This document shows, in pieces, positions 28,631 to 43,374 of a stretch of 64,000 bases of DNA (positions are counted from its first letter, which is position 1; each line of letters starts with the position of its first letter). This DNA is from the human T2T-CHM13v2.0 reference genome, Homo sapiens. The translations under genes were made by a program, and so were the position numbers. Under the pieces are notes generated by a model that made no database searches, was not told the origin of the DNA, and was given only the letters and a program-made list of their open reading frames with translations. Where the stretch lies: NCBI RefSeq assembly GCF_009914755.1, contig NC_060926.1. One strand, given 5' to 3'.

Positions 28631-29801
28631 CACTATTCCATTACATTCAAAGGTCAGGGGAAAAGCCAACATAGGATATACATTTCATAGCAATTTACAC
28701 AATCATTCAGTTTCCTGTTGCTGCATTTTGTAAACTAAGACAACATTATTATTTCAACTTTATTCAGTTTAAATATTTTTCAGTAAGTTATGTTCTAGGA
28801 ACAGAAATCTGCCAGCTCTAAATAATCTATAAATACCTTATTTCCTTCCTTGGAGTTTTAAGTACATGTTTGACCAGTATAAAATATTTTTCTCATATTC
28901 TAGATATTTTTAAGGATAATTTAGAGTTTATAGGAATTTTTTCATCACTGTCCTTCTTCCTACATGAGTCACTTACTGACCTTGGATAAACAGTACACTA
29001 ATGCACATCTGGGTACCACTATTTTCTAACTAGGTGAAATGCTCATTCAATATTCTCTTTTATGTGATATACTTACATGAGTGTAAATGATGTCCTTCAA
29101 ACTCTTAGACAATAGACCCATACTGTTTAGTTCACAGAGAGTATAAATCAAGTATAAATATGGAGGTTAATCATCAGTGACATGTAAACCTGTTACCACT
29201 ACTATGTTTATCTGCCTCACAATATTTAACCTTCTATCACTTCTGTTCATAACCAAATCTCCAAGAGTAAGATGAGCAAAGAAAAAAAGAAAATTGGCAC
29301 ATTATTTTGAAAAGATTACCAATACTTGTCCTAAGTCTAAGGATGAAGTAACTTTTTGTAATCTAAAATAATAAAAAGAAAAATCAAGAATGTCTTAATT
29401 TATATATGATGGAAATATTAATACAAATAGTAACACAATATATAAAATACTTTCTCACAATTTTTATTATAGTTAATCAAAGAATGAGTCATGGGAAAAT
29501 ATGTCAAACATATTACATCAGAAAATACTTATAATGCTCTCAATGCTGACTTAAGAAAATATTACATTTGGTTGAGGGTGATTCAGAATAAAATACCACA
29601 GTATTTCTATTATAAATCCATATTTTAAATGCTTAAAAGGAACATTGGAAGGAAATAAAATAATCTTTAATCTCACACAAATTGGAAAAAAAAACTACTG
29701 AAAGTATACATTTATAGTAACTATAAAGACTGTATGGCATATCCTAGACTGAATTTATGTGTTAAAAAGTCTAAAACAATCCTTTGTTTCATTCCTTGAC
29801 T

Positions 29802-31270
29802 ACAGTTTACATTCCTGCCAACAGTGTAAAAGTGTTCCCTTTTCACTACATCTATTTTTTTTTTATGGCCATTCTTGCAGAAGTGAGGTGTTATCACACT
29901 GTGACTCTGGATTTGCATTTCCTTGATAATTAGTGATGTTGAGCATTTGTTTTTGTTTTGTTGTTGTTGTTGTTGGCCACTTGTAAATCTTCTTTTGTGA
30001 ATTGTCTATTCATGTTCTTAACCCACTTTTTGATGAGATTGTTTGTTCTTTTATTGCTGATTTGTTTGAGTTCTTTGTAGATTCTGGATATATTTGTCTT
30101 TTGTCAGGTATATAGACTGTGAAGATTTTATTCCACTCTGTGGGTTGTCTGTTTACTCTGCTGATTATTTCTTTTACTGTGCAGAAGCTTTTCAGTTTAA
30201 TGAAGTCCCATCTATTCATCTTTGTTTTTGTTGCATTTGCTTTTGGGTGCTTGGTCATAAGTCCACCTAAGCGAGTGTCTAGAAAGTGTTTTCCAATGTT
30301 CAGGGAAAAGTTGAAAGCATTCCCCCTGAGGACAAGGATGCTCACTTTGACCACTTCTATTCAGCATAGTACTGGAAGTTCTAGTCAGAGCAATCAGACA
30401 AGAGAAAAATTTTAAAACATGCCAATTGGTAATGAGGAAGTCAAACTGTTGCTGTTTGCTGATGACATAATCGTATACTTAGAAAATCCTAAAGAGTCAT
30501 CCAAAAAGCTCCTAGAACTGGTAAATGAATTCAGCAAAGTCTCAGGATACAAAATTAATGTACCCAAATCAGTAGCTCTGCTATACACCAACAGCAATCA
30601 AGATGAGAATCAAATCAATAACTCAACCCTTTTTACAATAGCTGCAAAAAATAAAATATAATACTTAGGAATAAACTTAACCAAGGACATGCAAGACCTA
30701 TACAAGGAAAGCTACAAAACACTGCTGAAAGAAATCAAAGATGACACAAACAGAAGAAAATATATCCCATGCTTATGGATGGGTAGAATCAATATTGTGA
30801 AAATGACCACACCACCAAAAGCAATCTACAAATTCAATGCAATTCCCATCAAAATACCGCCATCATTCTTCAGAACTAGAAAAACAACCCTAAAATTCAT
30901 ATGGAACCAAAGAAGAGCCCACATAGCCAAAGCAAGACTAAGCAAAAATAACAAATGTGGAGGTATCACATTACCCGACTTCAAACTATACCATAAGTCA
31001 ATAGTCACCAAAACAGCATGGTATTGGTATAAAAACAGGCATACAGACCAATGGAACAGAATAGAGAACCCAGAAATAAAGCCAAATACAGTCAACTGAT
31101 CTTCAACAAAGCAAACAAAAACATAAAGTGAGGAAAGGACACCCTATTCAACAAATGGTGCTAGGATAATTGGCTAACCACATGTAGAAGAATGAAACTG
31201 GATCCTTATCTCTTACCCTATACAAAAATCAACTCAAGATGGATAAAAGACTTAAATCTAAGACCTGAAA
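29802..31270 (-). mobile_element. L1PB-type LINE with 5' inversion (29802-30300 antisense, 30301-31270 sense), 3' end missing
   Basis: ORF2 peptides on both strands ([12 protein letters not shown] motif on +; KLKSFCT on -); strand switch at 30300/30301. Confidence 0.9.
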
Positions 31271-33639
31271 GCAAAACATAAAGTATTTAAAGTTCAGGGG
31301 GATAAACACCATTGATGAGAGCAAAAACTTGTCAGAAAGCATGAAAACACTTTCTGTGAGGTTCAGTGTCATAGCGTGATAAGCACTATAATTTAATGCT
31401 GCAGTTTCTACCTACAGTTACACTTTCGGATTAACATATTGCAGTAGCTCCTTAATAGAAAAAAAAAAAAAAAAAGAACACTACAAAATGCTGGGTGACT
31501 ACTGGTTGCTTTTGGAGTGATCGTTTTTTTCTCAAACCTTCACGAATTACTGTAGGCCAGGCATTTAGGATCAAGAACTCACAGGGTTGCCAGAGACAGA
31601 CAAGAAATAACCATAGAAAGAGAAATACCCACCTGTAATTGTTCTAGGCAATGAAAGCACTTCTTTTTCATTGTCAAGTTATAACAATGAATTTTCATAG
31701 TTTGATTTTGGATATGCCAAGGAAAGTTGATTAAAGGGAATCTCAATGGAACCATTAACCATAGTGTGGGATTTGGTAAGCCTTGGACCCTATCCATAGT
31801 GCTTTAGTGACCCAGGTAACAAACATTTTCTCATATTTTGTAGTGTCTCATCAGTCATTTAAGAAGGTTTCCAGGGTATTAAGTTGTAATATCAATTCAG
31901 TAGTAATGAATCCATTATACATAGTACTGATTGGATAAGCAATTTACAATACACCAGAAAAATCAGCAGATTTCTTAGAAAATAATGTTATTGAATAACA
32001 TCAAGAAATTACAACAGAAAAAAATTAAGTTATTTAATAAAAGTACCTATATATTGTTTCTTTAAGCACAATACACAAAGTAGCTTTTAGTATAAAATGA
32101 AAAAATATTTCAGGGGATGATTTCTTAAAGTATTACTATCATATAACTAGTACTCCAAAATTATTCAGGAATGTGATTTTCAGAAAACAAAATAAAATAT
32201 AGCACAATAATTTGAATGCAGCCTCACGTATCTACATATTCTTAATAAATTTACTTATTCCCATAATCTTGAAATCATATGTACTTTTTTATTTTAAATT
32301 CTGACGAGGACACATGACAATCTGATCAATACTTCACAGTCCTTGGTTATGGTTAGTGATTTTACAATAATTTATCTGTTAAAACAAAAATCACAAAAAG
32401 CCTCAGGAAGAAGCAGACTAAGAATGTTACAGAAAATGGCCATGGCATGTGAGGAGCTATAAAAAGTGTATTTTAACCAAAGTGATGCCATATTGAATTA
32501 TGTGTTCTTTAGTAAATTTTTCTGCCTGGAGCACTATTTTCATTTTACACATAAATTATAAACTAGGTCTTACTGTCATTTTATTGTCTCATGTAAATAT
32601 CAGTACTGGGAATATTTAATAACACCTATTTTACTAAATATTATAATTGTCTGATCAAAGTTTTGCCATAATACTCAAATTAAATACTTTATAGAGCTTA
32701 TATTGAATAAAGAAATTACAAGGAATTAAACAGAAAAGTAATTATTGGGAAGCAAAACTACCTTTGTTTGGACTAGAACTTTTTGTCTCGCCATTGGCTT
32801 GCTTTTAATCAGTTTTAACCTCTATACTTTTACAAGTGTAAGCAACAAGGCAAATGTGGTAGGGAATATCCACCAAAACTTCTTGTGCAAACTTAAATTT
32901 TAGGTTCTTCTTTGTAGCAAAATAGGCTCTTCACTGTTTACAAAGTTATCCCAGAGTTTTGAAAATTCTTTCTGTGTTTCCCATGTATTCCTCTACTCAA
33001 TCTCAGCTGCTACAATCAGACAGAAAGCATGAAAACCCTTTTTTCTTGTGTCTGCAAGTTGTATTAGAACTTTCTATGTGACAAGTTTAAAGTTTAAAGA
33101 AAAAACAAGGGTATTGGGGGGATAGAATAGAAATTCATCTCTACAATATGCTAAAGATAAAAAGTACTTCCACCGTTGTCATTTTTTTACTCTCAGTTGA
33201 AATTTTTTCAAAACTAAAAATAACTTTTATCATGATAATCTCCATTTTCATTCTTCTTTAGCTGTACTTAGTTCTGGTTGAAAGTAACCCTAATATAAGT
33301 ACTTGGACTGAATCATACTTTTTCACATTTGTTTTGACACAAGTTACCTTATTTAAAAAACAAACTAATGGCCTAAAGTGTCTCTTATCCTCCCTTTGCA
33401 ATAAAATTCTATATTGCTATAAACTTTACACACTTTTTAAATACAAAATTGTCACCTGAAAACATGAATTTACTTTTTAATCTCTATATATAGCCTACTA
33501 AGAGAAATGTAAAAATGAATCAAATCCATCATATCAAGAATAGAATTGAAAAGCCTAAATGGACCAAAGACATCGGTTAATTTTCTAAAAACTAAAATTA
33601 AACTGCAAATTACTGTAGAATATGCCAGAGTTGAAAGTT

Positions 33640-34170
33640 AAATCCACACAAGAGAAGACTGTAGCAAAGATGGGAATGTGACAGCTGGAAGGAAAGAAAT
33701 ATATGCTCAAGAGGCATATTGACTTTATGTTTTAAGATGAGAGACATTTGGGAATGTTTAATTATTGATGAGAAGGATCCAGCCATGAGATTATACCCAA
33801 ATAAACAAAATGCAAAAAGAAAAAAAACTACTTGAGGTTTGTGTTAAGATGTTACGGGATTTTTTTGCATGAATTCCTCCACTTAAGCTGAGATACTTGG
33901 GCATGGGGCAGAGAATAAAGATTGCAGTATTTACCCAGCTTTGAGATTTCACTGAGTAAGCGTGATGAAAAGGCAGAAGATGGAAATTGATTACTGGCAA
34001 GAATGTTCTTAAAATAATAAATCTGGAGATCTAAATTGGATAAGACACGGAGTAATAAAAAGAGAAGATGAGGACAGATGAATTTAGACAAAGGAAAATA
34101 GTTAATAAACTGAAGGCTTTGAGTATGTCATTGAAGAAACACAGTTGCAGAGGATCTCGAAAAGGCAACT
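33640..34170 (-). mobile_element. L2 LINE fragments
   Basis: 'gatgggaatgtgacagctggaagg...ttttaagatgagagacatttgggaatgttt...tgatgagaaggatccag'. Confidence 0.55.
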
Positions 34171-34479
34171 GAGAAGGTACCACATCTTCAATCAAGCATG
34201 AAGTTATAATAGTGAGTTTTAAACATGCAGTTATCTACATGTTTTTGTTATCTAACATATTTTTGCAAATAAAAACGTATTTGATGCCCTCCAGCAAATT
34301 AAATAAGGAATCTATGGAGGTCAATATCATAGGGACCATGAAGAAATGGAACTTACCCAGAAGTGTAAAAGAAAAAGAAATCCCAAACTGATTTGGGCCA
34401 CAGGCATGAACTGTAATCAATATAAATGAGAACACGAAGACAGGGGTCTCTTAGTTGAATATTTTCTTGAAGAGAGAGG

Positions 34480-35200
34480 AAATTTTTTTTAAAGTATGAT
34501 TAAGAATCTATAAATTCTTAGTTATATAAGAAATGCTTGTCTTAAAAATTACAGAGAAAGAAAGTGATTAAAATTTCAGGTAAAATAGAGTTGACCAAGA
34601 TGAAGCAAATATGAATGAGATGAAAATATAATAATTTTTAACATTAGTATCTTATATTTTTTATTCTGCACTAAATAATATGTGGAACAGTAATATTATA
34701 AATAATGTATATTGGTTTTTCAATGTCTATGGGAAGTTATGAGTAATAAAACAGAATATAAATGGCACAAAATCTGACAGTGTAAAATGATCTATATAAC
34801 TAAAATGTGTCTGGGGATGAAAAGGAGAATATAGATCAATATAGATGAGAGTGTAATAGAAAATCAAAACAATAGAGGTTTGATTTATGATCTAAAATAG
34901 GGATATAGTTACTAGAAGAAGTAGAAATTGTAACATAACCAACCCAACTTGAAGAATGGAAGAAATGAAAGTGTAAAGTAATGTACTTCATTTCACTTCC
35001 TCATCCACCATGTAGATAATGTGGCAACATTGATCAACTAGGATTCAGAGGTAAAATAATAATTTTTAGAATTATTTTTCCAAAATGCTGAAAAGTTTTA
35101 ACATTTTAGTCATATGAAAGAAGATGAAGTGTGACAGAGAAAATGATGTTCAACTAATATCACTTTTAGTCTTTGGGTGGTTGTTTATAATCTATTTGTT
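34480..35200 (+). mobile_element. HAL1/L1ME-like 3' fragment
   Basis: Degenerate similarity to the 3' part of the 3250-6340 element; A-rich plus strand. Confidence 0.35.
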
Positions 35201-35619
35201 TATACTTTACTATACAGAACACAGGATCTTTTTATTTCCTGGTTCTGGAAACCATTTTGGCTCTACTTTGGTTTATTGCAAGCCACTCTCCTTGGGACCT
35301 ATCCATGAAGACCACCCAAAAGTCAAAGGCAGGAAATGGCATGGCTGAGTAATTTCTCAATGATTTGCATTATACTATAGCTCTACATTCCTTAAAAATT
35401 GCCTATTTTACTTTAGATAAAGTTCAAGGTGTAAAACTGTGGCTCATAAATCCCTAAATAACTGAGTCCTAACTGCTTTTGAGGTTGTGCTCCTCCCTGT
35501 GCTCATTGGGAAAATGATGATGATCTGCACTTCTGGCAGTTCCCAAGGTTCATCCTTAGGAAGTTAGACAGGATGTCTCTCATAACAGACCCTTCCTGTA
35601 GAAGTCCCTGACTTGGGCA

Positions 35620-36034
35620 AGCTTTAGTCTCTAGAGAAGCAGAATGAATGTGAGTGTATATGTGCAGAGAGGATAGGGATTTATTTTAAGGAACTGGCTT
35701 ATGTAATTGTGGAGGATGACAAGTCAAAACTCTGCTAAGCAGGTCCTCAGACTAGAGACCCAGGGAAGAACTGATGTTGCAGCTCAAGTCAGAAGACAGT
35801 CTGGAGGCAGAATTACCTTTTTCATTGGGACTCAGACTTTTTTTTCTTAAGGCTTTCAACTGATTGAATGAGGCCCACATACATTACGGAGGGGGACCTG
35901 CTTTACTCAGAGTCTACTGATTTAAGTGTTAATCTCATCCACAAAATATCTTCCCAAGGGCATCTAGATGGGTATTTGACCAAATTTCTGGGTCCCATGG
36001 CCTAGCCAAGTTGACACATAAAGTTAACCATAAC
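35620..36034 (-). mobile_element. MLT2C-like ERVL solo LTR
   Basis: 'gatttattttaaggaactggctt...cccagggaagaactgatgttgcagctc...ggcccac...ctagccaagttgacacataaagttaaccat'. Confidence 0.85.
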
Positions 36035-37733
36035 TTCTAACCATAGAAGACAACTTTTTGACTATTTAAATACTGTATATGACTTTAATTTTTAAATTGT
36101 TACTTAAGATATCTACTATAAAAAGCACAAGCTAAATGATTAATTAATTATTGCAAATAGAAGCAGTGAATTTCGGTGATCACTACACATAATACTAAAA
36201 TAACACGAGGACGCAACTAACAAAAGGCTTGTTCCTGGTCTCCAAAGATTTTATTTTTCTTTTCCCATACTTGAAGATTATATTAGCCTTAGTTGTCAAG
36301 GCTTCTGGACAAATATGAAAAGGCTATTTGAAAATGAGTAAGTGGAAATTTGTTCTACTTTGTATTTTCTGCTATAACTTTTATAAAATTCTCATGCATG
36401 GTTTCTCAATCCCTGTTTCTTCTATGCCATGTAAAAAATTAGCTGTAAAAATAGGTCATCACATCAACTCTGCCTTTGACTTCACTTATTCCCATAGAAA
36501 GCTATTTTTAAAACTGTATACTTAACCTAAAATAATTCCAGTATAGTTTAATTTACATTGTTCTAGCTTACATGATACAAATAAATTTTTACTGTAAAAA
36601 TATTATATCTTAATGTGAAATAAGAAAAACTGATCTAGTAATAAGTAGCCTTTGCTTTTTATCCACTTCGTAGTAAAATTGGCAAAAAAAAAAAAAAAAA
36701 AATCCTACTGACCAGCCCACTTTGTTTTATGTGCTGACACTGAATTAGAGTTTGATTGGAGATTATTTCTTTCTTTTCCTGCATTGTTGATTTCTATGTA
36801 TAACTAAATTGCTGTCATGTTCTGATTCTGGGAATATGAGTTTTAGGAGAGTCAATGAGAGAACAATGTATGTGCCCACAGTCAATTTATATACATTCTA
36901 TTGTGTATTTATATGAAATACATATAAACTTTATTTATAATTTCCTTACTTCTTCTCTCCAGGCTCTATGATAACATTGAGCATGTATTCTGTGTCCACA
37001 TCTTTGCGAAAAACATCTATACTCACTGTTTCAAATGATTCAAAAAATAAGAAATTAATATATAAATCTCTTTGTGTGGAGGAAAACATAGAACAGGCAT
37101 CCTATCAAGTATGATTTATAACTTGGAAGATATAATTATTCAGTGATACATGTATAAAAGGTTGATGTTTAGAGAAAATATTCAAAGTATCTTGCTGAAA
37201 CCACTAATCTTAAGTCCAAGGATTCTGAAGCTTGTAGAAGTTGAGTGATTGTCCAAGATCGTATGTGGAATCAGTGGTGGGGTTGAGATTAGAGGTCAAC
37301 TTTCTTGAAGATTAATGTAGACCCACATCCCTATTCTTCTCTTGTGACTCAATTTTCCTATTACACTTCATACTCGATAGATTCCTATGTGCAAAGATAT
37401 TTAGAATAATTCTAAAGGAATTTGGGAAAAAAGAAATTGTTTCTACAGAAACCAATACAGGTTTTTAATATTGTTAAGAATAAAAAATTAGCTAAATATA
37501 TTAGACATAATTAACAGAAACTAGTGTAACTATGAGACTTAACTGATAAAAATATCCAAGCAGGAAACTTAAATCCTTAGTGCTGTAGGTTCTACCATGT
37601 TACAGAAATAGCAATGCATGTTCTGACTGACAAAACAATTAAATCATCTATTGGACTGAGCAATAGTCGGCTCTTTCATGAGAGGCACAGAGCTTGAAGT
37701 CATACAACAAGAATGAGTTAGTTTGAAAAGTCA

Positions 37734-38417
<684 letters not shown>

Positions 38418-39147
38418 GTTATATTGATTTTATGTTTGAACAAAATCTTTCAGGAGTGATTTAATAACTATACTTTGCAAGTAGAACAAGGACTTTCATG
38501 AAGAATGATAACCAGCTATTTTCTAATACCATATATAAGGCATGTAATTTTATGATGATATACCAAAATAGAACATGTTAATGCAATACCATGAGGGCTT
38601 TGGCAGTTACACGAAAGCACTAATAATAAAGTTGGTTATATCTTGACGTCAGCAAAGAGAGGTGATTCTTTTGAGCTCTTCAAAAATGGGAGAGAATCTT
38701 GATGTGAGGAAGAAGTGTAAGGTTTAGCTTGATTTGCTTAAATCTACTATGACAGACTCCTGTTTAAGGTCCTTTTGACTCTATGATTGTGCCATAATTT
38801 AACAGTAATATGTCTCAAGAAATATTTTCACAGGTCTCAAATGGAAATTGAATTTGGTATGAACTTTGGCAAGATATTAAACTCTCTGGGCCCAGTTTTT
38901 AATACATAAGATTAGGAAGCTGGGCTAGGGTGAAATTTTCAAAATGTGTCTTCTTTAAGCATAGATACTGAGATATGCCACAGTGCCAACTGAGTGATGC
39001 TCACAACTCTCTCCTTACTTCAACCTGTGCAGGAAAAGAGATATTATTCATAACCTTGTTGGGATAACAACAGTAGCATGCTTATTATTTTACTGCCAGT
39101 ATGCTTTCATATGGCTAGTTCCAGAACTGAAGTGATTGTACTGTATT

Positions 39148-39295
<148 letters not shown>

Positions 39296-39369
39296 TAATT
39301 TTTTTTCAAGTTTTTCATGTTGTTACAACATTTTTATTATTATTTAAATAAATGCATATTATTTTATTT

Positions 39370-39720
39370 TTATTGTGCTACTGGTAGATATTAAATTCAT
39401 TTATTTATCTTTTTCAAAAAATATTGCCATGGATAGATATATCTGTAGCTTTTTCCATCTTTACTGGTTTTTCCATTTGATATATTTGCAGAAGTGGAAT
39501 TATTAGGTTCAAAGGTGTGAACATTATATAAATCACCACATTGTTAAAAAAACTTATATATGATTCACCAACAGAGTACTGAAATCCCAATTTCATAGTA
39601 TCTTCACCAGCACTGGAAATTACTTAAACTTTTCTTTGCTAATGTAATATGGAAAATAAATTGCACTTTGCTATGTTTATAGTATTTCTTGGGTTACTAT
39701 ATTATTTTTCCTCTGAGTTA
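39370..39720 (-). mobile_element. Old L1M (L1ME-like) 3' fragment
   Basis: 'gaagtggaattattaggttcaaaggtgtgaacat...tcaccaacagagta...tcttcaccagcactgg'. Confidence 0.6.
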
Positions 39721-39769
39721 TATTTTGTCTATGATGATTCATATGAGTAGATGATAAGTGTTAACCAGA

Positions 39770-39950
39770 AAACAATGATAGTTAATATTCATAGTGTTTT
39801 GAATATATTAACTCACTTAATCCTTAAACATCCCTATGAAGATAGCACTGTTTCAGGTTTCTAAAATAGATATGGACATTTCGACATAGGAAGTAAAGTC
39901 ACTCAGTTCATACATGTTGTAACTCTGGTATTTCAGAATTGTCCAAGTGT
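39770..39950 (-). mobile_element. MIR SINE
   Basis: 'atattaactcacttaatccttaaacatccctatgaagatag'. Confidence 0.6.
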
Positions 39951-41374
39951 CTAGAGAACAGGATGGTAGGTGTGAATGAATACACACAAGATAAATGAGA
40001 CTACTTAAGTCTCTGTGGAGTTTTACAAGTCTCCTAACTGAACTTTCATATTGTTTTATTTGGCTTCTTTGTTAGTTTTTTTTCATTTTTATTTTTTTTT
40101 AATTCCTGTATATGCTACAATCACTTCTTAAAACTCATATGCTGATATGTCATCTGATATCCTAAGGAAATCATAGTATGAAATTCTCTTTCTCTTCATA
40201 AACAATATTCTAACAATCTATACTAATTTTCTAGGTTGAAGAAAACATGGGATGCTTTAGTTCAATGTAGTAATACATTTTTAGCTGAATAGCTTGAGAT
40301 CTAGCAGGTCAAGAGATTGGCCCAAATCTCAGTTAGCAAGTGATAAAACTGTGACATTTTGTTACCCCACACTTCATTTCTTTATCTTGCTATTGACTCT
40401 TCTTTGTCTAGAAATATGTTTGCTGTAATTATGGCAAGCATGATGGCAGAGTCTCTCTGTTTTAAACTCTCTTACAAGCAAGGTGTTAAATTCTCATTAT
40501 TCTAAGGCCCCACCTGTGCATTAAATCCTCATGCAGAGGCAGAATGTGAGAGTACAGTACATGCTTCTGAGGAGGATACAATTAACCCCATTCCTATTTG
40601 TACTCCATGTCACATGGTCACATTAAAAGACTTTATTGTTTTGCAGATCAAGATTATTTGAGGCATCCAAAGTTAATCTTGAATTATTCATGAAATAACA
40701 TTATTTATTCATTAGTTCCTGGGTAATTTTGCTTAGCCCAAGTACCTACAGTCTTTTGTTTCTTATATGAAGATGTGTTAGGACATTAGACTTATATGAG
40801 ATGTACTGTATTACAGGGCAGCTTCTAACCATTTAACCTAACATAGATACTTGGAGATGGGATGCACAGTTAAAAGAACAGATAAGAAAATTAAGCTATG
40901 GGATGCTAATCAGAAACAAAGTCAAATCTTTTTGCAGTGATGGACAATTGCTCAAATGCTAGTATCTCACAATTATCAGTGCTTCTTGTAACCTAGTATT
41001 CCAATCTCTGAAAGGACTCAAATATTGAAGGGACTCAAAACATCAGTTCTGGACAAGGAGATTACTCAAAACCCTTAGCCTGAGAACATATCTAAATGCT
41101 CCCAAACAATGCTTTATCAACCTGTTTACTTGAGAATAGCATAGAAACTCTCTGGTAGCATATAAAGTAGTGTTTTAGGCATTATCATGTAATAAGAAAT
41201 GGTCTGTGAATGAGAAATAGAGCAGGCGAAAGAAAGAGGATAAAAACAGAAATACAAGAAAAATAAGGTGAGGGTGCTCAAAAAGGTTTTTATGATTTAG
41301 AAGATATCCCCATTTATGAGAATAGAAAGGAGTTACAATTGACACACACAAAATTAAGCACATGAGGTTATAGC

Positions 41375-41500
41375 TGGAATAATTATGTGATGTATTTTTC
41401 AACCAATCCCTTTTAAAAGTGAAAGGGGATGGCTCTATTACACCAGGACAACAGATAGAATCCAAGACTGTGTTGGGTATATCAGGCCATGTCACTCTGC
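41375..41500 (+). mobile_element. MER94/MER81-like hAT-Blackjack relic
   Basis: 'cttttaaaagtgaaagggg...ttacaccaggacaacag...gactgtg...catgtcactct'. Confidence 0.55.
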
Positions 41501-41643
41501 TAAATACAGAGGACTTAAGTGAATACTTAAAATGAATAGTATTGTATTTATCAGGATACACTGGAATACACACCTGGAACCTTTGGAGTACCATACTTTA
41601 ATAGAAATAGTGCCAGTAGAGTACATTTAAAGTGAAATGTCTT

Positions 41644-41771
41644 GGATGGGGGTGGTGGCTCATGTCTGTAATCCCAGCAATTTGGGAGGCCGAAGTGAGA
41701 GGATTGCTTGAGCCCAGAGTTCAAGACCAGCCTGGGCAACATAGCAAGGCCCCAGCTCTAAATATATATAC

Positions 41772-41806
<35 letters not shown>

Positions 41807-41962
41807 TATATATGTATGTGTATATATATATGTATGTGTATATATATATATGTATGTGTATATATATATATGTATGTGTATATATATATGTATGTGTATA
41901 TATATATATACACATACATATATATGAAAAAGAGAAGAAAATAGAAAACAAATATAAAAATA
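41644..41962 (+). mobile_element. Free left Alu monomer (FLAM) whose tail contains a TA/TATG repeat array
   Basis: Left arm 41644-41761; degenerate TSD aaagtgaaatgtctt / aaagttaatgtcctt. Confidence 0.85.
41762..41925. repeat. Alternating purine-pyrimidine array [TGTATGTG(TA)n]
   Basis: About 6 higher-order units of 18-20 bp. Confidence 0.95.
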
Positions 41963-42179
41963 AAGTTAATGTCCTTTAAAAATATATGTGAAATTGTTGA
42001 AGAAACTCAAAACATCTAGCTGGACTAAACAAATGAATAAATAATGATAGTCCTTTTAAAATGGTTGAAGATATATCAAATAACCTGTGAATGAGACTCA
42101 CGTGGTCTAGATACATAGGCTATAACTGGAGCCAGTGTGTGTGATGCATGAAATATTTTAGTACAACATAAAAAGAGCT

Positions 42180-42310
42180 GAAAATACAGTGTCATGTTTT
42201 AGGGAGTTTGAGTTCACCTGGGTTAGATCACAGCTCTGCTGTTAGTTATGTAGGTGACCTTGAGGAAGTCACTATCTTTTTGTGTGTGTTTTCTCATACT
42301 AAGAGAGTCA
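42180..42310 (+). mobile_element. MIR SINE
   Basis: 'cacctgggttagatcacagctctgct...aggtgaccttgaggaagtcact'. Confidence 0.65.
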
Positions 42311-43028
42311 CTATCTTAGGATATGCATGTAGCCTTCTTCTCAGATTCCTCACTGCTAACCATGTCTGAAAAATCTTTGTATAAACAGAAGTAGCTACAA
42401 CACCAACCCCCATACTTGGTTAACCAAGATGTCTCTTGGTTAACAAGATGAGAAATTTCTCTCTAATCAAGATTATCATTGTATATTGTTAGAGTTGGAC
42501 ACATTGGTTTTCTTTTAACCTCATAGTCTAGAAGTAGGCATACAGTCCATCTGACACCAGGCTAGGGCACCCAGAGAAAACCTGCATAAAGGGTAAATGT
42601 TAAAACAATTAAGGAATAGCAGGAAACAACGTGGTCTAGAATTCAGAAAAGCCAATATAGGTTCAATATAGCCCTACACCAGGAAATTCTTGGTCAGCCA
42701 TCACTGAGCAAGTACCATCTTGAACCTACACTAAACTATAATTCCTTTATATATCTGAAAAGAACTCAAGGTTCTGATGCTAAAACTGAGTTTTTTCTCC
42801 TTCTTACCTGACACATGTGTTTCAAGTATAAGAACCATCCTTTCCAGATTTCTGAATGAAAGAACAATGCCACCTTCAGAGAACACCAAATCTAACACCA
42901 CCAGTGTGTTTTTACCCTCCAGGCTACAAGAAAGGATTATTGTTTCAATATACTGTAAGGATGAGTTATATAAACATTTCCAACAAATTATCCTTGATAG
43001 AGCAAGCAGAATAGTAATGGAGCTTCCT

Positions 43029-43066
43029 GTGTGTACGTGCGTGTGTGTGTGTGCGTGTGTGTGTGT
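43029..43066. repeat. Imperfect (TG)n microsatellite
   Basis: Direct reading. Confidence 0.9.
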
Positions 43067-43149
43067 CCACTCATGCAAACTTTGAAGAAGGATTGTATGT
43101 GACAATATGTGTGTTTTCAACGATAGGTTATCACACTGAAATTGTCCTC

Positions 43150-43329
43150 AGAAACATCACATTTGTTATATTTTTATACAATATATTTTAATAATTTTGT
43201 GCATAAAATAAACTTTGTGTTAAGTACTTATGTGAAATTTTCCACTTGTGGCATCATATTGGAGCTTAAAAAGTTTTAGATTTTGGAGCACCTTGGATTT
43301 TGGAATTTTGGATTAGGGATGCTCACCCT
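43150..43329. mobile_element. Tigger4/MER46-family TcMar DNA transposon end
   Basis: 'ttttccacttgtggcatcat...aaagttttagattttggagca...ttttggattagggatgctca' is the Tigger4 terminal sequence. Confidence 0.8.
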
Positions 43330-43374
43330 AAATTATCTATCTATCTATCTAGCTATCATCTATTAATATCTATC

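Noticed and set aside
31701-31775. AG/GT-bounded 75-nt segment starting FDFGYAKE, reminiscent of a kinase DFG motif (IKK-like DLGYAK)
   Set aside because: Stops in all three frames, the similarity needs two frameshifts, and no flanking kinase sequence is present; likely chance (tblastn of IKK proteins would settle it)
41632-41979. Tyr/Ile/Val/Cys-rich ORFs on both strands (also 2712-3029, 11594-11794, 62280-62591)
   Set aside because: Translations of microsatellites
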